A stretch of 64,000 nt of DNA from Camelus dromedarius. Its lineage: Eukaryota. This document shows, one piece after another, positions 52,655 to 64,000 of the stretch (the first letter of the stretch is position 1; the number at the start of each line of letters is the position of its first letter). The notes below the pieces were generated by a model. It worked only from the letters and a program-made list of their open reading frames with translations. It did not search any database and was not told the DNA's origin. Made by a program: the position numbers and the translations under genes. Location: positions 82,276,001 through 82,340,000 of the forward strand of contig NC_087436.1 in NCBI RefSeq assembly GCF_036321535.1, in the 5' to 3' direction.

Positions 52655-52859
52655 TCAGGGACTATTCTAAGTGTTTTCATGTATTAATTCACTTAATTGT
52701 CCCAACACCCCCATGAGTAGGTACTTTTATTATCCACAATTTATCAGTGAAAAAAAACAAATAGAGTAAAAAATGTTTAGAAATTTAGTAGTATCTACTA
52801 TGAACTTAACTGAGGTTTGTTCATTTCCTATCTAAATTATTTTGAAATGACATATTTTA

Positions 52860-53770
52860 TAAAACCATAATAAAAAAACTGAAATCTCACCCCTTTAGTT
52901 GTTGAAAAATTAGACTGTTTCCAATAGTTTGCTATTATAAATGACAAAGTAGTAAACTTTGTTGTAACTGAATATCTATTTACATTCTCTATTATTTCCC
53001 ACAGATAAATTCCTAAAAATAGAAATGCTGCTTCAAAGGATAGGTACAATTTGTACCTACATACTGCTAAATTGTCCGTTTCTGTTCTACTTAACAATAT
53101 TTGTGCCATATTCTGAGTGTTAATTTGTTAAGAAGTATTTGCCAATTTGATGAATGAAATATCTCATTGTTTTAGTTTATATTTCTTTCACTAATATGAC
53201 TGCATCATTCATAAATTTTGGGCTTTTTTTATTTTCTTTTTTTTTGGAGAAGTCATTAGGGTTTATTTATTTAATTTATTTTTAATGGAGGCCCTAGGGA
53301 TTGAACTCAGAGTCTTGTGCATGCTAAGCATGCACTCTATCACTGAGCTATAAACCTTCCCCCCTTTGGGCTATTTGTATTTCTTCTGTGAACTCTTTTT
53401 CTATGACTTTTTATTTGTAAGAACTCCTCAGATGTTTAGAATATTAAGTCATTTGCCATATATATTTCACACTTTTCTCTTTTGTAAGTGTGCTTCTGAA
53501 TTTTATTCACTCCCTATGAATTTTTTAAAAATCAATCTTTTCTTTATGATTTCTGTCTTAGGTGCTATGTTTGAAATGGGAGTCACTCTAATATTCTATA
53601 AATATTTACTTCAAGTACGTTTTCTAGTACTTTTATGGTTTTATGTTTTTCACTTAAATCTTTATTTCCATCTGGAAGTTTCTAGTACTGAGATGACAGA
53701 TACCTTTTTTCTTTTTTTAAACATAGTAGTTATCTGGTTTTCCCAGCACTTTATGTTAAATAATCAATGA
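52860..53770 (-). mobile_element. Old L1 fragment (interrupted by Vic-1)
   Basis: GATAAATTCCTAAAAATAGAAATGCTG; TTTGCCAATTTGATGAATGAAATATCTCATTGTTTTAG; TTTTCCCAGCACTTTATGTTAAATAATC. Confidence 0.6.
53225..53364 (-). mobile_element. Vic-1-like SINE
   Basis: ATGGAGGCCCTAGGGATTGAACTCAG...GTGCATGCTAAGCATGCACTCTATCACTGAGCTATA; TSD TTTGGGCT. Confidence 0.85.
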
Positions 53771-56700
53771 GTACAAGTAACAGGATTACCTATGTTTTAG
53801 CAATTTTCCTGTTTTCATGCAGCATTTTTGATTATATAATACACTGATAGTTGTGTCTCATTATTTGGGAACTAATTTTAAAATAAGAACTCTAAACATA
53901 AAAAAAGCCTTAGGAATGTTACAATGTGTAAATGGTATAAATTTGCTTATAAATTCCCTTTACCCAACTTTTTTCATTAATGAATATCACTTATTTCAGT
54001 AAGTATAGGAAGGCTGTTTCTGTTAATTATACTATATTTAATTTTTTAAAACAATTCACAAGGCAGGATTTAGATTCCATTGAGACTCAAGTTGCAACCT
54101 AGACTGCAGCAAAAAGCTTGAAATGTTCTCAAATTTACTTCAACCTTAAAATGGGATCTGAAATCTGGTATTAAACATTTAAAAATAGTCTAAAAATATT
54201 CTTTTTTGGATTATCTGCACTGGACACCACTGATATTTAATTTCTATGTAAATATCTGTAAATCTCACATGACATAAAACTGCTCAAACAACTAACACTA
54301 TTATATAATAGTATTATAAGGTTCTACAATTTCCAAATAAACATCATTTTAACACTGCCTTCTCATCTAAGCTGTACAAATCAATAGCTTGCAAGCTATT
54401 TTCATATTGTTTATAATAAGGCTGTTTCTCTTTAACTCTAGTTTGATTCAAATTAGGTAAAATAGATATTTAATACACATTTAATCACACCCCTGTGTAC
54501 CTTTGAGAATACCCACCTTAACTTTAAAGAGATCTTTAAGCCATATGTATGAAACAGGAACATTAAAAAAAATTAACTTTTATGCATTCATTAATTCTCC
54601 TTTAACACTATAGAGTGTCATTATACTCTTAAGCATTTACTCCCAAATTTTTCTTCTCTAGTACATAAAAATAATTACCGATTATCAAAAACATCTCATC
54701 AGAAATTTTAAAATGAAAAAATAAACGTCTAAAAACTAGATGCTTAAAACTGGGTGAAAAATGCACAAACTATAAAATATTAGATGTTATTATATAATTT
54801 AAAATTATAGAGATAAATACTACAGTATGTCCTTGATAACTAGTGAATTTTTTAGTTTACATTTTTATTAGATCAGTGAACATAAGAATAATTCAAGATG
54901 CTCAGAGGAAAAAAAGTCAAGCTAAAACTCAAGCAGTTAAATATGTAGAATATCAACTAATATAATGATCCCTTGTTTAATAAAAGCTTGAAATACAAAC
55001 ATCTAATCAAAACCTTGAGTAATTTCCCACAGATCATCAGCCAACATGGATCAAAATACAATGAAACAAAGGCTTTGAGTTTGATAAAGCATCTCACTTT
55101 CAACATGGAGGTCTGGTGGGAAGGGATACTAGGGGAAGTCAAGCACCCTTAATTTTTATTGCTGAATTCAGTATTTAGGTCCAACCAGAAAAACTACATG
55201 ACAAACTAAGTAGAACTCTGTTTGAAAACAATAAATGATCTGCTGAATTATGAGATTTTAAAAATGAACTAAAAATGACATAAAAAAATTAAACAAAGAA
55301 TAAAAATTCTATTAACTATCAGTTCTGACTTATAAAATGAACCTATCTATTATCTTATATTAAAGGTCACTTACTTTTCAAGTTTTCTTCCTCCCCTGAC
55401 TAAAACACATATTCAATGTGTAAAAATCAAGAAAGCACAGAAAAATATAAGGGAAAAAATTTACTCACAATTCAACAAATATGTCAACCTGTTGATATTA
55501 TTTTAACTTTTTCCCATGCATTTTGAAACATAACTGAGATTGTCCTGAACTTTGTCATCTTTTCCTAAGTTTCTGAAAACGCTGAAACCTTCATGCTTAT
55601 TGGCTGTATATTATTCTATACAGTGGATGTAACACAGCTCATTTAACTACTGAGATATCAGCCATTTGGACAATTTTTCCATATTTTAAACACAAACAGC
55701 ATTTTAGAGCAGAGGTTTTTTCAGCATTTCAGAATACTTCCTTAAGGTAAAATCTGAAAAGCAGAATTAACGAATCAATAAATTTAAGCTTTTTATAGCT
55801 CTTCATATATACTGCCAAACCATCTGTGAAAAACAATGAGCCAATTTACATATCCACCAGCAGTGTTTGAAAATACTTCCTTCACCAAAATTTCAAAAGC
55901 AATAAATGTGTTAAATGTTCAATACGTTGATAAGGGAAGAATTTTTCAACGATTTTTTTTTCTTCTTTGCCATATTTAGTGCTTTTTAAAAATTTGGCTA
56001 TTCTGTGAACTATTCTTTCGTGAACTAGTTGTTCTTAGATTTGTTTCATTTCTAAGTATTAATAGTTAAGTATGTTTTTAACTATAACATACTAAAAATT
56101 TTTTATAATTAAAACAAAAACTAAAGCATATTAGCTTGAAATGTTTGTGATTATGCCACAACAGTAATTCAAGCTAAATGTTTAAGAACTACATAGAAAT
56201 AAAAGTGCAGAAGACACATAGCAGTACAGAAACAAAGACTGAAGGGGAAAAAAGCCTATATACCTGTCTCCTTTTATGTATGTATATAAGCTATATTCTA
56301 ATTTTTCAGTTTAATCCCTTGTAATTTTGCCCTTTTAGCTCAATTAGCTACTCTTTTCATTCAGCCAAAAATTTTAATCAGTTTGAGTAGCCAAAAAACA
56401 TGTTTAATTGCCAAGGTTAAGAAGGGGTTAAATGTATAAGGCTCAAGATAATGTCTTAGCTTACAGTGAATTAGCATATTGAAATGTCTAGCCACATTCA
56501 CTGTTCTACAATCTTACCACATTTATTTTAAAAACTTTCACAGTGGAAACAATTTTTAGGTAGTAGCATTTTGGGCGTTAAAGGATCTATGGATAGAAAT
56601 ACTTCAATACCTCCTTTTCGGAGCAACATGAAAAAAAATCAAAATACTGATTTACTAGTTGAATGGATAAAAGTAAAAGTGATCATAATTTTATTAGACT

Positions 56701-59318
56701 TCTTAACACAGAATATTTAAATGTTAATTACAAAATTACTTTCGCTTCTATTAAATTATGTCTGTTTTCTAGTCAGGAATTAACCGTTACATTTATAAGG
56801 ATAATAATTTTATCATTTCTACTTCTGGGAAGTATACTACTCTAATGTAGTTTACATATTTTATTTCCCTGCAATTTTTCAGAGCTCTTATTCTTACTTG
56901 GTCAGTTGAAAGTTTTGACAGCAAATAATTATAACACTTACAGCCTTCAACATGTTTATTAGAATCCTATAAATACTTGCCTAAAAAAAAATCACAGAAG
57001 CACACATATCAAAAAAAAAAAAAAAAAAAAAAAAAGAAGCCAAATACTATGAATGAAACATATTCAATGGTGGCATCAAGAGATGATGTTAGGGGTTGTC
57101 CTCCTCTAATAATCCCTATTAAACTCGTCAAGTAAAATTAACTGTTATCTTTAAAAAGAACAATGACACTTCCTCAAACAACATAAAGTATAGGTAAAAG
57201 CATCTTTGTAAATGCCACTCTTGTCGATCTGTGACATACAATCTAAGCATTATGAGTGCTATGCAATACCCCTTCAAGACAACTTCCCTCTGCCCTGTCC
57301 CCAAACTGTTGCCCTTACAAAGCTTCCCTCAGATATAATTTTAGACCTGCCACTAGATATACTATTTTAAAATATTTCTCTAATAAATGTAATAAAGTAT
57401 AAACAAGTTTTACCTCTCCCTGGAATGACCTCAAGATAATATACAGTCTCCTAAGTGAAGCCTTTCCAATCACCTCTCAGACATAATAGATCTTCTCCCA
57501 TGCTTCCATAAAAATACCACAAAATGACAATCACTAAGTTGTATTATAGTTAGCTGTGAATGTGCCTATCTCTGGCTAACCTTCAAATTCTTTTATGGCA
57601 AGTACTGCATATTATTCAAATTTACTTATACTCTCCATGTAGTAGGGTAAGATCTTAGTAAATATCTGTTAAACGAATTTGTTTGTTGTTTCTAATATAG
57701 GTGCTCACTTTGGAATTTTAAAATGCACTAATGGCCTTACATATGAACAATAAAACAAGTCTTGATAATTGCCTTTCTAAAATGTTTGTTCTAAAAGCAA
57801 TAATGATCAACGGAAACAAATAGCAAAAAGGAGATGTATATATCAAGGCATAACCCCTAAGGTTATATGAATGTAAAAAGTGAAGTTTATGTCAAACAGC
57901 ATTGTAAACTATCCATAATCCTATTTGGTTTAGTTGTTCTATGATAGTTAAATTACGAAAGTTTAAGAAATGCTGAATTACAATTAAATGAATCCAAGAG
58001 CAGACTTGCTAAAAGATTAAGTTGTAATTCTTTCTAATAAATAAGAACAGAATATACCATAGCAGAATTATCTGACACTCTTTGGAAAAACAATAATAGT
58101 GCACGTAATGAACCTAACAGCTGATATTTATTTTTTTTATGCACTAAGCACTGTTTTAAGGACTTTACATGTTATCAATTCACTTATTCATCACAAAAAC
58201 CTAATTAATTTTAGTTGAAAAAATAAAAATGATAGCCCCTTTAAATTAGTGAAGCTTCTCATTACCAAAGACCTCTGTCATTGCTTCAAACACAGTATTT
58301 TTGGGTTTCCAGCATAGATTCTTCTTAAGTTTTCATTTCAACCTATTGCTGAAGTTAATAAAGAAAAGTTATGAAATCAGTTATCATTTGCCCTAAAATG
58401 ACTGTATCCTTATTTTTTCACTTAAGTTTATATGTAGCAGCTAGTAAAAATCATCCTAAAGTCCAATTATAAAACTTATATAATAACATTCTGTTTAATT
58501 ATTTTCCAACACATATTAATATACTGAACTGATAATTTATTATACAAATAATCTATTTTACATTTTATTTTTGCCAAAGCCAATGTGGGTCACTGAATTT
58601 CACACTAGGGTTGAAAATGAGAACAATGGCGTTAAACATAATATGCTACACAGATCAAAGAGTTTAGGTGTTCCTTCCTTAAAATATACACATGGCTAAA
58701 TTTCACACAAAGCTAGTAAAATTATTTAATGGCTTCCTTCTCAATATTTTAGGACCTAGAAACATATAAGGAAACTAAGAGTTTAAGTAAAAAGAACAGG
58801 GGTCACTTACAGTGTAACACTATACTCCTGAACGTTCTGGGCTTGAAACTCAAGCGTTTATGTTTTCAGTTTATGGACTTTTACTGAGTGTCTCCTGATC
58901 TGACTCTCTGAGGATGGCCTCAATCCCCACAATTCTGACCTCTAAGAATTTGACTAATAAGAAGCAGAAAGTAACATCTGAGAGATCGCAAAGTGGTAAA
59001 TCTCATGTGGAAAATACTGCATGGATGCACATAAATCACCAAAAGAATTTAATTATTACACTGCAAGATATGAATAATAATAAAGTACTTTAAATGAGCA
59101 ATGAGAAACAATTAGAAAACATGTTCTTCCACACTGCTTTATCAATTTTCTAATTTTATTAAAATCGTCTTTTGTAGCAGAGCAACATGATCCTATAGAC
59201 TTAGACAAACTCTACCAAAGACTTATTCATCCAAGTCTAAATAGACTCTACTTCACTATCAGGTATGGATAAACAATCTCACTTAACAGACAACAGTATT
59301 GAAGTAGAGGTGAAATTA

Positions 59319-59637
59319 CAGGCTTATCTTGGAGATACTGCAGGTTCAATTCCAGACCACTGCAATAAAGCAAATATTGAAATAAAGCAGGTCACACAAG
59401 TTTTTTGGTTTCCCAATGCATATGAAATTTATGTTTAGACTATCCTAAAAGTGTGCAACAGCATTATGTTTAAAAATCAGTGTACATGCCTTAATTAAAA
59501 AAATACTTTATTGCTAAGTAGTGCTAACCATCATTTGACAACTCAGGGTTGCTTTGACAAACCTTCAATTTGTTTATAAAAAAAGCAATATATGTTAAAT
59601 GCAATAAAGCAAAATGCAATAAAACGAGATATGCCTG
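59319..59637 (-). mobile_element. Tigger1-derived non-autonomous DNA transposon (319 bp)
   Basis: TA on both flanks; termini CAGGCTTATCT / AGATATGCCTG; both Tigger1 subterminal ends present, no transposase. Confidence 0.82.
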
Positions 59638-60060
59638 TACCAGAATAGAAACATTCAATAAAACACTAGTGCAGCTACATAAACCAAGAATTCTAACTTC
59701 TAACCTACATCAAGTGTAAATGAATACATTAAGATTTTTAAATTCATAAGTTGAAAGCTTTTCTGATCAACAGCAATTTACTCATTTCACTAATAATAGC
59801 TACTTGTTTTAGGGCTAAGAATTTTCAGAAGTTAAACTAAGAAACAGTGAATATTAACATATAATTAGTACAATAATTTTTTCTTATGTTAAGGTCCCTT
59901 TACTTACCCTCCCTTGTCCCTTCTCCTTTAAAAAAGGATTGAAACTAAAATCATCCTGGCTATAAGTAGTACAGCACCAAAAATTTGCCTGGTTACAGAA
60001 ACCTTTATTTTTCATAATACACTGAAGAGGATGAGAAAAGAAAAAAGAAGACAATCTCAC

Positions 60061-60273
60061 CTTCAGTGTGACATCACAAAGGTCTCCATTTTCATAAAAC
60101 TGAAGAAGAGAACCATGAAAATCTTTCCAAGCTTCATTTGCTTCAAAGATAAAGGAATCTTCTCCATCACCATCACTGACTGAAGATCTGTTCTTTATTT
60201 GCTGGTGCTGTTGCCTTTTCCCCTTTGTGAGGCGATTCCTAGCTTGTTTTGCATTCAAAGATTCTGAAGCCAT
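60061..60273 (-). CDS. KLHL8: KLHL8 (kelch-like 8, BTB-BACK-Kelch CUL3 adaptor) first coding exon, 213 nt
   Basis: MASESLNAKQARNRLTKGKRQQHQQIKNRSS...ENGDLCDVTLK; GTGAGA donor. Confidence 0.95.
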
Positions 60274-60425
60274 TTGTAACACTCTTCTTTTAATACAGCT
60301 CTCTTCTCAAACATCCCATTTATTCTTTTGTAAAGGATGGGGAGAAGGTAGAAGGTAGATGCCACTCACTAAACTTCAGACATTTTTCAAAATCCACTCA
60401 ACTGCCATTGTTCAGCTTGCTGAGA
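60274..60425 (-). other. KLHL8: KLHL8 5' UTR portion (152 nt) of the first coding exon
   Basis: Minus-strand (GTTTT)n tract + TAG acceptor at 60427-60426; runs continuously to ATG at 60273. Confidence 0.85.
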
Positions 60426-60644
60426 CTAAAACAAAACAAAACAAAAACCACACACACATAAAAACAACCCCCCCAAAACCCAATCATTAGTAATTACAGC
60501 TTACTGAATGCTATATATATAAAATGACTGTAGAAATCATTATTGAAAAAATAAGTAACTTTGCATTTTTATACTAAATGTCACATAAGTTACCTCAGCT
60601 AATTATTTTATATCAGTGAAGGAACTCCTTTAATATCAAACTGG

Positions 60645-63172
60645 AAAATTGTGGGAAGATGGTGGGATAGAAACATGAGGAATCTGCCTCCCCACCGAGT
60701 CAACAACTGCATTGGCAAGAATCTGTCTGATAACTATCTTGGAACTCTGGAATCTGCTAAAATCTGTCTTCCAGAAGACAACTTAAACGGTAAATTACAG
60801 TTAATTTTGGTCAATTTCAGCTCTTCGTACAGCAGCAGCTGCCCATCCTACACCCCCAGCCATGTAGCTAGCAGCTGTGCATGTGTTCCTGAAGCAGCTT
60901 GCGCAGAGTCTGCAGGAGCCACAGTAGGCAGGAAAGACTGTGTCCACCAAATATCAAGCCTCTCTCCTCTGACTGCTGACTACTGTTTCTGATCGCAGAG
61001 GTGCAAAGAGGTGGGCAGCCATTGTTGCTATACGTCCCCCAGTTGTTGCAAGCCTCCCATCTCCTCATCTTAAGTGACTTCCCAAGGATTTAAATGGCTG
61101 GTGCCCTTTACACCTTCATTTTCATTTTTTCCCCTTTTGGGAGCAAGACACTAAAGACTGAGACAATAAAAAACCAAATGCATATAGAAGAAAAATGAAA
61201 AAGTGACCATGTATGCCCAGGAAAAGGCTCGGAGAAGACCTGAGAAGTCCGTTAAGTTTACACCTCAGTTTGACTCTCAGCACAGAGAAAGCCTATATCA
61301 ATCAAAAAGGGCAGAAACAATTAAAAAAACAAACCTCAAGGAAGAGGGAGAATCTCATTTTCAGAGTTACCACATTATTAGATTCAAACGTCTTGTGTTC
61401 AACAACAACAAAAAATCACAAGGCATACAATGAAGCAGGAAAGTATGGCCTATTCAAGGGAAAAATAAATCAACAGAAATTATTTCTGAAAAAGAAGTAA
61501 TGGTGTTTATAGTAGACAGAGACTCTAAAACAACTGTCTTAAAGATGCTCAAAGAATTAAAGGAACACATGGTAAAAGTAATTTGTGTGAACAGAATGGA
61601 ATTATCAAATAAGGAAATAGAAAACCTAAAAAAGAACAATAAAGAGATTCTGGAACTGAAAAGTACAATAACTAAAATTAAAATTCATTACAGGGATTCA
61701 AAGGCATACTTGAGTAGGAGGAAAGAGTTAGCAAACTTGAAGATAAAATAACAAAAAGTATCAAGTCTGAGGAATAGAAAGACTGAAGAAACATAAACAG
61801 AGCCTATGGGACGCTACCATAAACAGACCAACATACATATCATGGTAGCCCTAGAAGGAGAAGAGAGAGAGAAAAGGGCAGAGAGAATATGTGAAAAAGT
61901 AACAGTTGAAAACTTCCCAAATTTGATGAAAGACATAAACAACCAAGAAGCTCCAAAAAAAGATGAACTCAAAGAGATCCATGCCAAGACACATTATAAT
62001 CAAAAGCCAAAGAGAATCTTGAAAACAAGAAGTGATTCAGCTCATACAGGTGACCCTCAATAGGACTATCAGCAGAATTCTCATTTGGAGGCCAAAAGAC
62101 AAAGGGCAGGTAAGTTCAAAGTACTAAAAAATAAACTCTGTCAACCAAGAATCTATATCCAACAAAACTGTCCTCCAAAAGTGAGGGAGAAATTAAGACA
62201 TTCCCAGACAAACTAAAGCTGAGGGAGTTCATGACCACTAGACCTGGCCTGCAATTAATACTCAAGGAAGTCCTACAAGATAAAATGAAAGAACACTAGA
62301 CAATAACTCAGTCATATAGGTATAAAAGTAAATACATGCTTAATTACAAAAGCTAGTATTATTGTTAACAATGGTTGTAACTCTATTGTTTGTATTTAAG
62401 AGACAAATACATTTTTAAAAAATTATTAATGTAAAAGCTAGTATTGCTGTAATTTTGGTTTGTAACACCAAATATTGTTTCCTACATAATTTAGGAGTAT
62501 AATTTAAAATAATTAAGTAAGAAAGAAGAATTTAAATAAAACAAAATTTTAATTTTAAGAACAATTTTAAAATAATTTGAAAGAATTTTTAGTTCATGTT
62601 TTTGGGTATAAATGTATAAAGATGTTATTTTGTGACATCAACAACTGAAAGGACTATGAAAACCAATATATGTATGTATATGCAAAATTGCAACATTGTG
62701 CTGTACACCAGAAATTGACACATAACTGACTGTACTTCAATTAAAAAAAAAAACAATGAAAAGGGGTGAAGATGAAGCTGTAAAGGAGTAGAATTTTCTG
62801 TTATTAAAGTTAAGCTACTATAAATTCAAATTAGAGTATTATAACTTAAGAATGTTAAATGTAATCCTCATGATAAACCACAAAGAAAATATCTATAGAA
62901 TATACACATAAGAAAATAAGAAAGGAACTTAAACATTTCACTACAAAAAAATCAACTAAACACTAAAGACAACAGTAATGCAGGAAATGAGGCTCAAAAT
63001 AAAGTGATAATGCATACAGAAAACAAATAGCACAATGACAGAAATAAATGCTTCCTTATCAGTAATTAAACATCAATAGATTAAATGCTCCAATCAAAAG
63101 ACAGATAGGCAGAAGGAAAAAAAACCATATAATCCAATGATATGTTGTCTACAAGAGACCTGCTTGAAAACA
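60645..63172 (+). mobile_element. Old eutherian L1M: 5' UTR, frameshifted ORF1, spacer and start of ORF2
   Basis: GGAAGATGG 5' end; ORF1 remnants (KEILELKSTITKIK, TNIHIMVALEGEEREK, ENFPNL); endonuclease start GATTAAATGCTCCAATCAAAAGAC...TGTCTACAAGAGAC. Confidence 0.85.
62653..62755 (+). mobile_element. Young L1 3' end nested in the old L1
   Basis: TGTGCTGTACACCAGAAATTGACACATAACTGACTGTACTTCAATT + polyA; TSD-like ACAACTGAAAGG / ACAATGAAAAGG. Confidence 0.65.
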
Positions 63173-63226
63173 AAATGGTCAATGAAAGATTATCAATTAT
63201 GGTTATTCATATCTTCTTAAAGTTAA

Positions 63227-63759
63227 TGTGGTGGACACATGATGGTGACTCCCACTAAGCCATGCCCTCCTATAATCCCCTTGAGTGTGACAGGAACCTG
63301 TGACTTTCTTCTAACAGAAAATGGAAAGGTGAGAAAGTGTCGCTCTCTTGACTATGTTACATTATATAAGACTGTGAGCAGACTGGAATGAGAGGCTCTC
63401 CTGCAGGTCTTGAGGAAGCCAAGTGCCATGGAGAGCGCTATATAGCAGAGAATTACAGGCAATCCCAGGACCTGAGGGAGGCCTCTGCCTGAGGCAGTAA
63501 AAGGTTAGGGTCCTCAGTCACACAGCTGCAAAGAAATTCTCCCAACAACCTAAATGAGTTTGGAAGTAGATTTTTTCATAGTTAAGCCTCCACATGATAA
63601 CAAAGACTGGCCAACACCCAGACTGCAGTGTTTGTGAGATCTTGTGCAGAGAACACAGCTAAGTTGTGCCCAGATTCCTCATCCACAGAAACTGTGAAAT
63701 AAATGTATTTTAAGCTGCTAAGTATACAGTAGTTTGTAACACAGTAGAAAACCAATACA
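63227..63759 (+). mobile_element. MLT1 (ERVL-MaLR) solo LTR
   Basis: TGTGGTGG start; CCCAGATTCCTCATCCACAGAAACTGTGAAATAAATG...TAAGCTGCTAAG...AGAAAACCAATACA end. Confidence 0.85.
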
Positions 63760-63907
63760 GATACCTTCGGTCAGATCTAAAATTTTATCTGAGGAAAGCA
63801 CATGTAGGTATTCTAATAGCCAGAAGCTCCTCTAACATCTTTTATGCTCACATTTCTAATACAGAATAAACAAAGAACAGGTGGGGCAAACAGAAAAATA
63901 CTTCAAC

Positions 63908-64000
63908 CAGGAGTCAAAAATCTTGTCAGTAAAGGGTCATATAGTAAATACTTCAGGCTTTGCAGGCCATAAGGTCTCTATCACAAACACTCAATTTTGC
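63908..64000 (+). mobile_element. MER58-like hAT transposon, cut by window edge
   Basis: GTAAAGGGTCATATAGTAAATACTTCAGGCTTTGCAGGCCATAAGGTCTCT. Confidence 0.75.

Noticed and set aside
56980..57050. Orphan poly-A run with short flanking AGAAGC repeats
   Set aside because: Repeat too short to call a TSD and no element body; could be a simple mononucleotide expansion
61203..62063. Cluster of 76-95 aa ORFs
   Set aside because: Frameshifted L1 ORF1-region remnants, not a gene or an active element

Overview
Mammalian genomic DNA, most likely camelid (inferred from five Vic-1-type tRNA-Ala-derived SINEs and cetartiodactyl-type L1 3' ends). Two intact genes converge tail-to-tail. On the + strand lie the last nine coding exons of AFF1/AF4 (2776-12313), followed by a ~5.3 kb 3' UTR ending near 17620. 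On the - strand lies the whole KLHL8 coding region (nine coding exons, 60273 to 35100, 1860 nt = 619 aa + stop); its first exon and promoter were not identified and probably lie beyond the window. I checked exon phases and GT-AG boundaries by hand for both genes. Introns and the ~13 kb gap between the genes hold old interspersed repeats (L1, L2, MIR, MLT1, MER5A/20/33/58, Tigger1) and microsatellites; repeat family names are from memory and their coordinates are approximate. Most of the ORF track is spurious. I found no convincing new biological system. The best leads are post-transcriptional: four uORFs (one overlapping the start codon) in the KLHL8 leader, an in-frame cryptic 3' splice site behind a (TTTTC)n tract before the last AFF1 exon, an inverted SINE pair around a frame-neutral 357-nt AFF1 exon pair, a NAGNAG acceptor, and miR-17~92-family seed matches in the AFF1 3' UTR.
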